Shown here: positions 23,966 to 37,909 of the stretch, piece by piece
Numbering within the stretch: the first letter of the stretch is position 1
Layout: every line of letters starts with the position of its first letter
Assembly (NCBI GenBank): GCA_002189035.1
Contig: NEEC01000014.1
Location: forward strand, 2,418,001-2,482,000
Origin: Utricularia gibba
Lineage: Eukaryota; Plantae; Magnoliophyta
Length of the DNA: 64,000 bases
Direction: 5' to 3'
Made by a program: the position numbers and the translations under genes
The notes under the pieces: generated by a model
Databases searched by the model: none
Seen by the model: the letters and a program-made list of their open reading frames with translations, nothing else
What the model was told of the DNA's origin: nothing

Positions 23966-26900
23966 TTAGCTCTTGGGCACAACAGCTGCCAGCGCATTAG
24001 CATGTGCTGGGGGGAGGTTGCTCAAAAGTGGCTGCATTTGTTGCCCGTGGAGTGATATCAAATGGGAGAATGCTCTGCCTATCTGCATCTTCACTTCAGG
24101 AGTTTCAACAGGAGAAACAGCAACTTGAGCAAATATATTAACGAGTTGTGGGACAAATGGGAGTATCTGAAAATACAAGCGCACATGTTATTAATTCGTA
24201 GAGGAACTGAAAAAGGAGGTTGTGTGCAGAACCAAACCCATGGCAGCTAAAGATGCATTGGTTCATGCTAGGATTTACAAAGACTCAAAAATGATGTAAT
24301 CACCTGAGGATTGGATGATAAAACTAAACTGCAAATGCATCCGTAGACAGCTATGGCTTCTTCATAGTCTTCTTTTAAGGGGAGAACTTGCAAAAAAACG
24401 GGTAATACCTGAAGGAAGAATAATGAAAAAATTAGTTCAAAGCGCAAACGGACTAAAGTGCAACAACAAAATAGATAAAAACCTGGTTGAGGATTATTGA
24501 CTCAGGGTGAACTAATATCATCCTTGCCACTGCACCAGCTGCATTATCTTTGACTGCATTATCCGTTTCGGGTTCCCCAAACAGTGGATAAAGGCGACCC
24601 AATATATCAGAATAATACCTAAATTTTACATAAGGAATACAAAGAAACGTGCAAGGAAAGACACACTGTTTATATATGGAGATTCAACACAAAAAACATC
24701 ACATAGCAGTTTGCATGGCTTTGAATGATTCTGGGGCATAGATAAAGGATACTTGAGAGCAGCATCGTCCCCATTTTTGCAAAGCTCACCAACACAAAAT
24801 GCTGCATTTCTCCTGTTGGTCGCCTCTGGTGATCCTAGTTCTTTTAGTACAAGCGGCATGACTGACTACAAAACACAAGATTATCAATTAAGGACCATAG
24901 GTCTTTTTTTAATGAATAAAGAGATAAGCATGTAAAGTGAAACTATTACATCAATATAGCTGGCGATTGGCGCACCCATATTCTGGGCAACTTCTGCAAG
25001 GGTAGCAACAACCATTGTCTTGCTCTGAGCAGGGCGAGATTGTTTCTACAAAAACACATAATATAGATGTGTAAGAGAGTACAGGATGTGACACATAAAA
25101 CGGTGGATATGAGGCAAATAATGCACTCACAGCATATTTAACCAAGGGCTCAAAAAGCTGCGAAAAAAATGGAGCAAACTGAACACCCAACACTTTTGCA
25201 AATGCTGGAAGCAAATCTGAAACAGCATCCATTAGCAATTCATCATGCTCAGTATCATCCTCATCATCATCGTCATCTGTCTCTATCTGTTGACAGGCCG
25301 ATTCCCCACGAAGCAATAACGAAGTTGCTTTAACAAGGCTAGGAATATCTGAATTTGGAAAGTATAGTGAGTAAAAAATTGATGAGGTTCATTGTGCAGG
25401 TATGGATGTGCTGAGACACAAAAATCCAAGCATCCAATCTACAACTTACAAGCCTCAACTGACAAGTATCCAAAATCCACAAGGATATCAGCAACACTTG
25501 TGCAGGCCTGAGCAACAACTTCCTTGTCATCATCTTCAGACATCGTCTTCAGATAAATATTTAATGCAATATCTGGCAAAAGAATGATTAGCATCCACTG
25601 TTAATGAATGCAATCAAAGCTTTCGAATAATATCAATTCCGAACGAAGAATTTTACTCACCCAGAACCTCCTTAAATTTTGAAATTCCTTCCTGCAAAAA
25701 CAACTTAACTCAATAACAAAATAATACTTGTATGTCAAGATAATGGATTTAAAGAGAGACATCAGAAAAGAAGTGTCACTGTAGATCAAATCAATACACA
25801 AAAACCACATGCATCAAGTTGAAAAAAAAAATAACTTATCGCAATAAGGGCAGAATGGTGACATGTCCGCACTCACATTATGAATCCGAGAAACTTCATG
25901 AACGGCAGTCAGAATACCTGGATAAAGCCACACAATTGAAAAAAAGTTGATCAATACCAACATGAGATTAATTTCATGTAAAAAAAGATATTTACAAAGA
26001 AAAAGCCTCGATGTCATGAATGGGTTAAAAAATAAAATAAACATCTAATCAGAAAGGACTCTTCTCAAAAGGCATCATGAATATACAGATTTCAAGGTCT
26101 CCGAAGAGAATATAAAAGACAAAACAAATGCTCTAGTTGTTAATTTTCCCAGACTGAATTTCTTGATGAGTTCACGCACTCCGTGGAAGAAAAAACAAAT
26201 GCAACCAAAAACATAGCAAACTCAACGTAGATGAAAAATTCTAGGACTGAGTTAAGAGTAATAAAGTAAATTTCAAGATGAAGTAGCAAGCATGTGTGCC
26301 ACTAATACACATCTAAAGATAACATCAAAAAATCAAAGAAAATTACAAGACCTATAACGTACACTTTAACGAAATAATTGCTTGAAGGCGAACATCTTCA
26401 TGGAAATATGTGGAGTGTCTAACTAAAATATTCAGGGTATCGTCGATATATCTTAACAGATTCTTAAGGAAATTTAAAAAAAAAAACGCATGTGTCCCAT
26501 TCTGAAGGCCAAATAATTTAACGACAGTTCAGATTAAATTAAAAGGATACGGGGCATATAAAATCTTTGTGTGAAGTGCAAACAATCCAAGCGCTTGAGT
26601 GGCTGCTGCTTTTTCATCCAAAACACCTGTTCTAACACTCACATTACGAACCCTGCCTTCATCATTTGTATCATCATCCGATGATGCACATGAGAACCCA
26701 TTGATTTCTTCATTAGAGTCATCAATGTCTACCGCAGAGCCATCATCAAGGTTACAGGATGCAAATGCCAAAGGAACTACATGTGGCAGATACTGTCCAA
26801 TGAAACATGCAATCTCAGATTCTACAATTAACAGAGATGCACGCAAGACCCAGAGAGAAAACTCTACCTTTCCAAAACCATTACCCAAAAGTTCTGCCAC

Positions 26901-29900
26901 GTTACTGAAAAATCCGTGTGTATACTCGCGAAGCTCACTAAACTCTAAATGGAAACCCTAGAGGAGAATATGTCTTAGTCAAATTGGGAGCAAAGCATAA
27001 TCAAATTGATGCAGAAAGTGGAAAAATCAATACAGCTATTGCAGCTTCAATGAAGGCAGGAATAACTGACTCCATTTTCTCCCTTCCAACTGTCATTGCA
27101 ACTATTCCAGCCAATTCGGTAGCCCTTGTTCTAGATCTAAGGTCTTCATCAGCAGTAAGCACCATAAAGTGTTTTGTCAACTCCAGAACCCTCTCAGCAT
27201 ATGGAAAAAAGGCCTTTTCAGCAGCAGATGCCACTGAACCCATAGCAGACTGTATAATAGAAAATGAAACAAAAAAGCATAGAGATGTTCAGAACCAGTA
27301 AAAATACAAAATAACAGTGAACGAGCATAATACCATGCATGTCTCCTGCAAGTTACGTGGGCTGCTATGAAGAGCGTTGACTAATTTTCCCATCAAGGGA
27401 TCCAGATATGGAAGAATATCCTTATCCATCTCCTCACAAAAAGCAGCCAAAGCATAATACGACTTCTCCTGTTCGAATATCAAATTAACAATCGAAGAGA
27501 AAGTGCTAATTAGGGGTATTCAGTGTTTCAATACGCATATACCTTGACTTCATCAGATGGATCCTCCAGGGCATTGAGAATACATGGGATAACACTTCCA
27601 TGGTGAGATGCTATTTCAGGCTGAAGATGTTCAGAAAATTGTCCTAACGCAAAGGATGCAGCCCCACGTACCAACTGCTCAGGATCTCTGAGAGACTCTA
27701 GTACCAAATGAAGTACAGATTCCATTTTATCTTTCATCAAAGCCACACAGCCTTCAGAAATCACGCCTAACGCTGTAACTGAAGCCTCCCTAAACTTTGG
27801 GTTGGCATTTTTAGAGTTAAATGAAGCAAACTCAAAAACAGGTGGAAACACTTGCTTTGGCAGATTCATGGCCATTGTGTCAATAACTTCTGCCGCAGCA
27901 CGATCAGATGCAAGATCATCATCTTCATCCGAGTCAGAGGATTCCGTGAGTAGTGGACACATTACTTGCATGATTGGTCCAACTAGCTTGTATTTTTTGA
28001 GAGAACTTGATTTGTATCTCGCTAGCCACGAAATAATTTGGATAGCCTAGCATACCAGCAAAAAATGAAAACATCAACATTGCCTCAAATTAAATTGGGG
28101 AGTAATTGTAGCAAATGCAATAAACGAAAATTGACTTGACGCACTACTTCTGAGATTACCAACCTGATGGCGAGTGTTAGATGCCAGATTAGTGCTCACA
28201 CAAACTTCAAGGGAAAACTGGACTATAGACTTCACAGATTCTCCAAGCAAAGGAGCAGGAGACTCTATTAAATCATCAAATATTTCGAAGGCAATCACAG
28301 CAACATCCTCTTCACCAGATGCAAGGCATTGCCTTGATACAGCCAAAATGCTGGGAATAAATTCTCTGAACCTTATCTGGAATACAGCAAAAAAAAAAAG
28401 CATACTCTGTAATGCAAAAAAATATTGAACCTACATGAAATGTAAAATCTATACAATTTCAAAATGTCTCAGTGAAACATAATCAACTAGACTTCAGTAA
28501 AGTAATTCCTTGAGAGATAAAAAATTACAATGACATTGTTTATACCGGTCTTTAGAATAAGCTGACACTAGCTGGAGAAACTCATGGATAGCTTATGAGT
28601 TAACTGAATTGCTGAACCATAAAAACAGAAAAATTCATTTAACTACAACCAAAAAGTGCAAAGAAAATGGGTACTCACAACTTCTGCCTCATCGTGAGTG
28701 ACTTCCAAGAATGAACCAACAGCCCTGTGAAACAATGCAAAAAACGTCAATTTTATTCTAAAGTATCTTCGAGAAAAAAGAAAATTTTTGCAATAAATTC
28801 AATCAACAAATACTTGAGGGAAGCCTTTCTAACACGACTGCTGGTCTCTTCCTGCAGGCACTTGAGCAACAATGACTGCAAAGAAGCAAAATATGGACGG
28901 AACGAGTTCCCGATTGTCTCTGTCAGCGAGCTGAAAAGTATTAATGCCACCTAGAAGCGAATAAAGAGCTTTTAGTTTATGATGGCTAATACACGTGAAA
29001 ATGAAAAAAAAAAAAAGGATCTATGAGGCCAAACTATAAACTGCATTGTTACACAAAATGGCTCTTAAGTCATTTAACAAATAATTTGATGAAGGGCAGT
29101 GAGTTTTGAACACCTGATGAGATGTCTTCGATCAAAAAGACACTCTTTTTAACTGGAATGACGTTAAAAAGACCCTCCCTTCTCAAAACTTAATTATAGT
29201 AGTTAGCATTCATTCCACTTAAAAGGAAGAAAAGGTCATCATGAACTATGCTAACGTCTTGGCCAGTTTTATGATTACGCAATTAAGTATTGAGATAAGC
29301 ATGAAGAATTGAATAACAAAGAGATCATAAAAAATACTTCTCGATGCTCTTCTTGTGGACTTTGACTACATTGGAAGAGAAATGGTAATAATTCTGGCCA
29401 TTCACCAGCTGGAACAGTAAACTTTGCTACGATGCTCACAACATTTGCGCTGGCCTTCCGAACAGTTGCGCTGCAAGAGTGCGTCAAGATATCAGCATTT
29501 ATCATCAATGGACACAACATAACAAGCGCCAGTGAATAGCACAGTAGCAAAAACTAATCACTCAAAAGGGAAAGCATTCTTTTCATGATACGGTAAAATT
29601 AAAATGCCAATTCTGATAATCAGGTAAGTAACAAAAAGGCCAAGGCCTTAGTGTTCCATTGGTACACAAGAATTCCTTAAGTTGGGTGTCGAGCTAAACC
29701 CCCAGACACTTTGTAATGTTGTTCCATGAAATTATGAACATGCGAGGCATCTGCAGACGACAAACCTGTGCTCTACAGTGATGCTCTCGATCAGCGATTG
29801 CTTCACCATCTGGCGGAGCTGCGGAGACAATTTGGCCCAATGCCTGGTGATCTTCTTTCGAAGCAAAACGGCGGATAGCTGACGGACGTTTGGAGTCTTG

Positions 29901-30040
29901 GCAGTTCGGAGATGTTGCACGAGCGCAGGAACCACCTGAGGATCCTTGGCAAGGCGATTAATTTGATCCTCCGCCTGCCGCCGGGCATCGTTATCCGGCA
30001 TCAAGAACTGAATCAACAGAAGCTCCAGAGACTGCGCCAT
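23966..30040 (-). CDS. IMB4: Importin-4 / importin beta-4 (HEAT-repeat karyopherin), intact
   Basis: MAQSLELLLIQFLMPDNDARRQAEDQI N-terminus; VRTGVLDEKAAATQALG, HSTYFHEDVRLQA, NRRNAAFCVGELCK, AVKDNAAGAVARMI and LPLKEDYEE motifs. About 20 exons joined in frame with GT-AG introns. Confidence 0.96.
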
Positions 30041-30113
30041 CCCCACCCTTCCAAGGCGTTGTCGTGTCGGCGAGGTTAGGTCAAAACAACAAAAGGTGCG
30101 CCGCAGCGGGTTT

Positions 30114-30121
30114 TAGGGTTT
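30114..30121 (-). promoter_or_regulatory. Telo-box (AAACCCTA) upstream of importin-4
   Basis: TAGGGTTT on the + strand at 30114-30121, ~75 nt upstream of the ATG. A second telo-box lies at 37097-37104 in the TAF11 5' region. Confidence 0.45.
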
Positions 30122-30986
30122 CCGGGTTTCACCAACCGTAGTCTCCCGTGCAGTCGGTGATTTTTGGCGCTGCCGGGGGATTCGGAACGGGCGTGGGGGC
30201 GGGGGGGATCTTTTAATGAAAACACTTGTATTTCATAAAAGCCGTACGAGTGAATGGCATGTGCCAACACACCCTCCAATCTTAATTACCTCCTTATGGC
30301 GCACATGGAAATATTAAATAACAAATATAACCATCATACCTTTAATTTTATTTCATTTTCATTCATGTGTGTTTCTTTTTTGTAATGAATTTTATTATTT
30401 TTGTATTATGATAATTATTATTAGAACAAATAATCACATTTCAAAAAAATAAATTATAAATTATTTAATAATCAATTAAATTTATTTTTTAATATAATAT
30501 ACTTTATTTATGTATTTGAACTTGATATATATATTTTTGATTCGTCGAATCATTAATTTCAATAATTATATATGACATGATCACATACACATCCCGTCAC
30601 CTCGTTCATGCGGTGAGCTAGAAGGTGATTCGTGCTAATATTTTATATGAGTTATAATCCCGTAATTTAAAAAAATTAAAATTTATAAGATTCTTGAAAT
30701 TTAAACTTTGTTTTGAATTGTTGATTTTTATTCCTCTAAATTAAACTGGAAGATAGGCCCCTGGGTTTCACTGATTGAATAGCTGTTGTTTCTCATGGTA
30801 CGGATCAAATGGGGGCTGGTCGATCCAGTTGCTGAAGAAATTTGCATGCTATGCAGATTCAGCGGCGGATGAACCTGTCGCAAACAAGTATAGTAACAAA
30901 CTGCGCACCATGTAACTACCAGTGCATTTTGTGGGTTATCAAGTTTCCATCCTGCGTATCTGCAACACGAGATCGATAGAATCTAA

Positions 30987-31311
30987 GGGGGTGCTTGGTA
31001 GGAATGTTTAGCTTGATTTTATTAAATTGTGTTTAATATTATCCATGTTTGGTAGAAGAGGTTAATTTAAATTCAAATTTAAATTAAACATTATTTTTCT
31101 GTATTTATTGGATTTCAATTAAACTCACCACCCTTGTATTGTTTAAAATAAATTGGATGTTTACTACTAAATAGTTCACATTATGAAATCAGGGTTTAAA
31201 TAAACGCTACTACCAAACTAATTTTTATTTAAAGAAGAATAAATTTAAACACAATTATAAACCTTGGTAATTCTAATCTCTATTATTTCAAAACTGCTAC
31301 CAAACATGCCC
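30987..31311. mobile_element. Tourist-like (PIF/Harbinger-derived) MITE, 325 bp
   Basis: Terminal inverted repeats GGGGGTGCTTGGTAG (30987-31001) and CTACCAAACATGCCC (31297-31311), matching at 12/15. TAA immediately flanks both ends (30984-30986 and 31312-31314). Further internal inverted matches (TGTTTGGTAG/CTACCAAAC, AATTGTGTTTAA/TTAAACACAATT). AT-rich and non-coding. Confidence 0.8.
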
Positions 31312-31964
31312 TAAACCGCAGCAAGCTTCTTTCCAATGGCGATCATGGAGTCATCATCTGTGAAGTGACGGGGAAGAATGGGGGGTCCTTTTTTTTTCTC
31401 TTGCGAAATGAGGGGATGTGCTTCTTGAAATACGCTGTCAATGAGTAAACTCACCTCACTATCTCTGTAAAGTTCAGAATTTGCTACTGAATACTTTGTT
31501 GTAATATTTAAATTAAGAAAAAAATAATTATTCTAAGACTTGACTTAGTCTCATGCTGTTACAACCGAACTCTTAATATTGTATAAGATTAGGTAATGGT
31601 TGACTTGAATGAATTCTTTAATTTTATGAAATTAGTTGTATCTTATCCAATTTTTCATGTTCTATAAAAGAAAGTATTTCGTAATACATTAGATTATGAA
31701 GCATATGGTTTATTGATTATCTTGTTTTTGTTCTTATTCTTTTGTGTGTTTTTGATCATTCTAATCTACATACTTTCGAGTGACAGGAGCGCAGATGATA
31801 ATGGGCATTCTAAATGTATTTCTAAAAAATGTTTAAGAGTGGTAGAAGAGTTAGGTGAATGAGATACAGGCCAACAATCGCCAATTGTAGCTTCAAAGCA
31901 AAGAAAAACATGCATCCAGGTACAAATAATGCACTGCAGTGCTCCCTCCAACACGCACATCCAA

Positions 31965-32468
31965 ATGGAGCAGCCTCGTCTCTCCCAAGTGGGCGGCGAC
32001 CAGCCACACTCCACCGTGGATACATCCCGGCCCTTTCAATCCGTCAAGGAGGCGGTCGCCATGTTCGGGGCTTATTTCCCTGGAAGCGAAACCTCCTCTA
32101 ACTTGCCTGCTAGTCGGGGACGCCGCCATGAGGGCATGCTCTCCAACGCTATAAAAAGGCTGGAGACTGAGCTCCAAGAGGCGAAGGAGGAGGTGAGGTT
32201 GCTCAGAGAAAAAGACTTGGAGACTGAGATGGCATTAGCTTCCCTGCGCGACAAGCTTGCATCAGTTCAACAGACCTCCAAGTCACCAGGTACGATCATA
32301 AGAAATTCACCCAGTTTGGGTGAGATCATGAGGATTGGCTTGGGGAAGAGGAAGATGGAGAAAGTGAAGCCCGTGGTTCCCCTGATTGGGGACCTGTTTT
32401 CAAGACGGAAGTCGTCGTCTTCCGCTGCTCTCCGACATCATGGTGGTTCCCATTGTCTCTCCAGCTGA
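31965..32468 (+). CDS. Short WEB-family (DUF827-related) coiled-coil protein, single exon
   Basis: HSTVDTSRPFQSVKEAVAMFG is the WEB N-terminal signature, followed by coiled coil IKRLETELQEAKEEVRLLREKDLETEMALASL and basic C-terminal KKVKPVVPLIGDLFSRRK-type motif. Confidence 0.85.
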   Translation: MEQPRLSQVGGDQPHSTVDTSRPFQSVKEAVAMFGAYFPGSETSSNLPASRGRRHEGMLSNAIKRLETELQEAKEEVRLLREKDLETEMALASLRDKLASVQQTSKSPGTIIRNSPSLGEIMRIGLGKRKMEKVKPVVPLIGDLFSRRKSSSSAALRHHGGSHCLSS

Positions 32469-32804
32469 ATGCCATATGGCATCTAACAGAACAATAAACA
32501 GCGCGCTCCCTTTTTTTTGTCTCTGAAGACGGATCGGATGCCTGGTGCACTTTCTGTGAGAAAAAGCATAACACAGCGATGGTGTTGGCTGTTGAATGAG
32601 CCGTTTTTATTATTTCTAAAAGTAGAAGTGAATCCGTACTTTCCAAATTAAGGGGAAACCTGACGTGGCATTCGCCTCGCTACCTAGGGTTTGCTACCCT
32701 CATCTCTCGTAAATTGATATGAATCTTACAAATTAAACAAAAAGTAAATTCCTATTTAAAAAAAGAAAGAAAGAAAAGAAGCGGCTGGCGCACAATAGAA
32801 CATG

Positions 32805-35800
32805 TCATCCGAGTTTGGCATTACGTGCGCTTGAAAAAGGAGTATCGGTGGTGCAGTGCAAATCTGATGTGGAAGAGGAGGGATCGGATTCCGGCGATTG
32901 ACGGGGAAACTCCGACAGCATCTGAACGACTTCTCTCATGGTCGGCCGTTGGACGCTGTTTTCTTCGACGCAAAGCATCGCTACGAAGAACAGGTGTGTC
33001 GCTTCCTCCTTCTCAGTAGGCGCGATGATGAGCCTTCGGTCGAGGACGTGGCTAACTTCTTCTGGACGGAAATTCGTCGAAGTTCTTATCCATCGAACGA
33101 TGTCCACACCTTCCCCAAACTCGCCAACGGCGCGCCGCCCGGTTATCAGCTCGAGGAGGACCACTCCGTAACTGTAAACGTCGCTCTTCTCATCTACCTT
33201 CAATGTGTATGCGTACTCTGTGGTTTGATTTGAGGATTCAATTGAGTACAGTGTTGTTGATAGATCTCATCTAAGAAGCCTGATAACTTGGAACAGGGAT
33301 GGAGTAATTTGTCGTACCTGGAGCAATGTAGCCGTAGGAACCCGCAATTGCAGACATGCATTGAGATGCAGTTCCATCTGTCAAAAATTTTGCCAACCCA
33401 AAATCAGCAACATGAGCTTCAAACGACGAATCGAGCAATATGTTGTTTGATTTTACGTCTCTGTGCACAATCAAAGGCGAGCAATCATGGTGGAGATAGC
33501 ACAAGCCCCTGGCAGCATCAAGAGCAATTTTGTACCTCAACCTCCAGCTCAAATATCCGCCTTTTTTGCCATGTAAAGCCTCGCCTAAGCTTCCATTTTT
33601 CATATACTCGTAAACCAAGAGGTTCGTCTCCTTGTTTGAGCAAAATGCTTGAAGTCTTACTATGTTTCTGTGTCTGATGTTCCCAAGTGTTTGTATCTCA
33701 GCTTTGAATCCATGATCGTGCCTATTGATGCCATTGTGACCAAGAAGTTTTTTGACAGCAATTTCGCTCCCATTACAAACAGTTCCATGATAGACAATCC
33801 CAGCTCCTCCCCTGCCGATCACATTGCCGTCTTTCACACATTCTAAGATGTCAGATATTGTGAAGTCAACCTTTTGAAATGTAGTCATTTTCCATGAATT
33901 CGAGCCACTTGCTTTCAATTTCTTGGCCTTGATAACGGCTATGGTACCAAATCCTACAGAGAACAGTAACACTCCTAAAGCCATGATAAATTTGATTGCA
34001 TGGTGTGGTTTTCCATATGTATCTGCAACTGATGTAAAATTACAGGGAGTGTTCAATATGGATCCGCAGAGTTTGGGATTCCCTGCAAATGAGGAAGCAT
34101 TGAAGACAGAGAACTGGCTTGAATCTGGTACCCTTCCAGAGAGATTGTTGAAAGAAAAGTCAGCTATTATGAGACTTTTCAATGAGCCGATTGATGATGG
34201 AATAGCTTCACTTAAGCTGTTTCTTGAGAGGTTCAAGTAATTTAAGATCTGCATATTCGATATCTCCTCCGGTATTGGACCTGATAAGTTGTTTCGGCTC
34301 AAGTCAACATAATTTAGATGTGCGCAGTTGCCAATTTCTGGAGGAATTTGACCCATGAGAGCATTTCCACTAAGATCAAGCTTAACCACCTGATGCATGT
34401 CACCAATGGATTGTGGGATTGATCCTGAAAAATTGTTCCCGCCAAGCAGAAGGATTTCAAGGGAAGGAAATTTGGAAAAGGTGAGTGACATTACTCCAGA
34501 AAGCTTATTGTTGGAGAGATTGACTTGGATTAAATTGGTTGGCTTTGAGGAAGGAGTAGGAATTTCAGATAGATGACCAGACAACATATTGTTCTGCAGT
34601 TCTAGAAAATTTAGCAGAGGAAGGTAAATGAGGCCCCTTGGGATGCTTCCACTCAAGAAATTTTGTGCTAATCGCACTCTGACTAGAGTTGAACATGAGT
34701 TTAGTTCCTCTGGTATTGTGCCAAAGAGAAAATTTACTTGGAGAATGAGACTTTCAAGTTGCTCTGAGGCACATAAAAACTTCGGAATCGTTCCAGTGAG
34801 CTTGTTTGAAGACAAATCAAGGTACTTGAGCCTCTGACCCTTACCAAGCTTCCTTGGGATGATTCCAGTGAAATTATTATTCCAAATCTGGAAAACTTCC
34901 AGCTCAGGATACTCAGAAATAAAGTCAGGTACTGGGCCGTGCAATCTGTTGATGAACAGATTGAGAAGCCGTATCTGTCTGAGGTTTACGAACTCATTTG
35001 GGATTCCCCCTGTCAATGCATTGAAAGAAAGGTCGAGATTCACCAGCTTTGTCAGGTTGCCTAACTCCTTAGGAATTTCACCAGACAGTTGATTGATATG
35101 CAAAAAAAGCGTGTCCAGTGATTTCAAGTTTCCGAACTCCGAGGGAATTGAACCATCCAACTCACATCTTGAGATATCCATGTGAACCAAGTTGGCGAGT
35201 TTACCGAACTCCCTTGGTATTCCACCCATGTAAATGTTTTCAGAGCCCAGGTAAATCTCCTTTAGATTTGTCAGATTGCCTAACTCCTTGGGAAGTTCCC
35301 CTTGGAGGTCGTTTCCCTCCAATGACAAGTACTCCAACTTGACCATGTTGCCGTAACTTGAGGGTATTCTTCCATGAAAGTAGTTTCCTCCCAATTCCAG
35401 ATATTTGAGACTTTTCAAACCCGATAGCCCCATTGGAAGGTAACAAGAGAAGTTATTGTTGTAAGCATCAAACACTTGTAAGTTTGGAATGCTCGAGTAA
35501 TTCCAGCTCAGATTACCTGTAAACTGGTTATTTGATATGTTGACAACCCTGAGACTCCTCATGTTTTCAATTCTGATCTCACCTGTGAAGTTATTTCCAT
35601 CGATGGACAGGTGTGTTAGCTTATCAAGCTTCGAAATTTGAGGAGAAACAGAGCCATACAGAACCAGGTTTGATATATTGAGGGAGACAACACGGCCACC
35701 AAAGCACCTAATTCCACTCCATCGACATACTGAACTGGGACTCGATGAGTTCCATGAGCTTATAGCAGTGTTGAAATTCTGAAATCCATATTTCAATGAG

Positions 35801-35922
35801 ATTAAAGCATGAAAATCAGAGATGATTGATGAAGACACACAGGTTTTTAGGGGCGAGAAGAATGGCAGGATTAGGAAGACAATGTAAAACAACACAGCTT
35901 TCTGAAATTCAGAATGAGCCAT
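32805..35922 (-). CDS. BAM3: LRR-XI receptor-like kinase of the BAM/CLAVATA1 group (BAM3-related), 2 exons, intact
   Basis: Signal peptide, ~20 LRRs (LxxLxLxxNxLSGxIP), TM helix, [11 protein letters not shown] juxtamembrane motif, and kinase motifs [29 protein letters not shown] and DFGLAKF...GSYGYIAP|[16 protein letters not shown]. Intron 33218-33317. The exact paralog is uncertain. Confidence 0.9.
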
Positions 35923-37909
35923 CAAGAGAGATGCAGCAATTTTCAGGTTTGAATGAGCGCCATGAAGAATTGGATGTTGCTGCGGAAGACTTCTTTATAT
36001 CCTGGTTTTCCCATAACAGAGTAGATCATCAATATGAGACCATGAGCAGTGCAGTTACTTATATCAATTTGATTACAAGACAAAGGGAAAACAAAGTTGC
36101 AAAAATAATTTTAGTTGTGAAGATGATGTAACTGCCGGATATCAAATCTCTAAAGCGAAAGCTGAGGGGCAAAAAAGGTAAATTTGTGTTTCTCCTTTCA
36201 CATTCTTTCCTGCTTTCCGTTTCATAGGAATAAACCATTTTCTTCACTTTCTTTAAAGGAGAGAGCATGGAATTCAACTTTTGGAAAACATGATTAATAT
36301 GAGAAAAGCTAATTATGTGTTCTTGGTGGCCATTACCCCGAGATGTAAGCCGCTTCTTGGTCCGTATCATGGGTTCAACAAAATCTAAAAAGAATAAACT
36401 ACGTTTCATTTTGTCACATTGATGCATTGCCCAGTAGGTTGTTTTATTAGAAAGAGTTGTTTTCATTTTCACACTCGTTTGAGATCCCCAGACTGTTGCC
36501 ACTTGACTGCCCGCGCCTCTTCCAGCTTCAGTTGAATAACATTTTGCTCCTCATTTTGTATCAAGTAGCAAGGAGCGTGGAATGGTATGCTTTATGTGAA
36601 AATCCCTCTCCTGGTTATTTGTGCATTGTGGCTTTATTACAAGTTGGGACGGTTTTGTCCTAAAGAGAGGGCTAAAAGCAAAAGCCAAGTCAAGTTTTTT
36701 TTCGCTTTTGCTTTGGCTCTTCCATCCCCTTTGATGCATAGGAAAGAGTGCGCTTGTATGGACTGGCTCTGGAATCTTCTTATACCCAGGTCTGGAAAAC
36801 CCAAGCCTCTTGCATGAATGAATAAACCAGGGGGAAATGCAACACATCCACTGGCTGATTTTATTGACATTATACTAATTGCAGACTAACGTTCGAAATT
36901 CATAATTATATATATTTTCCCAAGGTAAAATTTGATATACAGTATTATTATTGCGTTTCGAACTGCTCTCATACAAAAACAAAACTCACTTTTATTATAT
37001 GCTTGTTTAGACTAAAGTAATGTTTGAAATTCAAAAAACATATCAAAATTTCCATTGAATTTCGTTGAAATTTAAAACAGAGAAGCGGACGCGAGGTAGG
37101 GTTTTGTTCTCCTTGGGTTTTCTGGCGGAGCATTTTTTCCGGTTTCGGTTATCGGATTTTCTCTTGTTGTTAAACAAATCTCTGCTTCTCAAGATTTATA
37201 TTTGGGGGCCAGACAATCATCCGGTGATTTGCTCGAGGGTTTACCGACTTCGTGGAACGCGGATTCTTCGTTGCCTGGAAGTACCCAGAGACAGATGGTA
37301 GGAGAAATTCGGCATTCAGGTTGACGAAATTCAGAGATAATACTACTGGTGGATCTTCTTGTTTGAATCCTCTGAGGAAACCAAGCCGTAGGCTTGATTT
37401 GAAAACCTTTTGGAATCCTGTCGCAATTGGCGTTGGGGTTTTCGGCAGAACGGAAGCTCGAGTAGTTGACATTCCACTCCCGAGGCCGGAGTCAAGCAAG
37501 GTATGATCACTGTCTCTTGCTGATTTTTCTTACCTATATCCAGATGATTCATGAGCTCGTGTGGCGTTTTGTCTGCGCATGCGAAAAACATTGTTAATAG
37601 TTTAGGACCTGGTTTTCCTTTGATCGTCGTTTGAGCATAAAACTAGTTTCGTTTCGCATCACTATTCCCGATTTTGGGGAATTCCATCCTGCGTTAATAG
37701 GAGGTATTAGGCTCATTAACTATAGCACAGTAAGTAGGATATTCTAACTGCTATGCTGGATTTTCACATCAGTGATTTGCCAAGCATTATGTTTAAAATG
37801 AGGACCTGAGAAAGAGGATTGAAGTGCAAAATGTTTTTTTTTTCTTTTTTTTTTCCATCTTCTCAAATGCAATTGAGAGGGTTCATTTAAACTTGTGTGT
37901 GCAGGACTT

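Noticed and set aside
30590-30625. Hairpin followed by CTAG resembling a Helitron 3' end
   Set aside because: The stem is only 5 bp, the base after CTAG is A rather than T, and no 5' TC end or captured fragments are evident.
32825-35446. Many short antisense or alternate-frame ORFs over the LRR kinase (similarly over GLDH exon 1 and CAP-D2)
   Set aside because: Shadow ORFs produced by codon bias on the opposite strand of long real exons.
36059-36502. 147-codon ORF upstream of the BAM kinase
   Set aside because: GTG start, no recognisable motif, low-complexity composition. One or two ORFs of this length are expected by chance in six frames of this much non-coding DNA.
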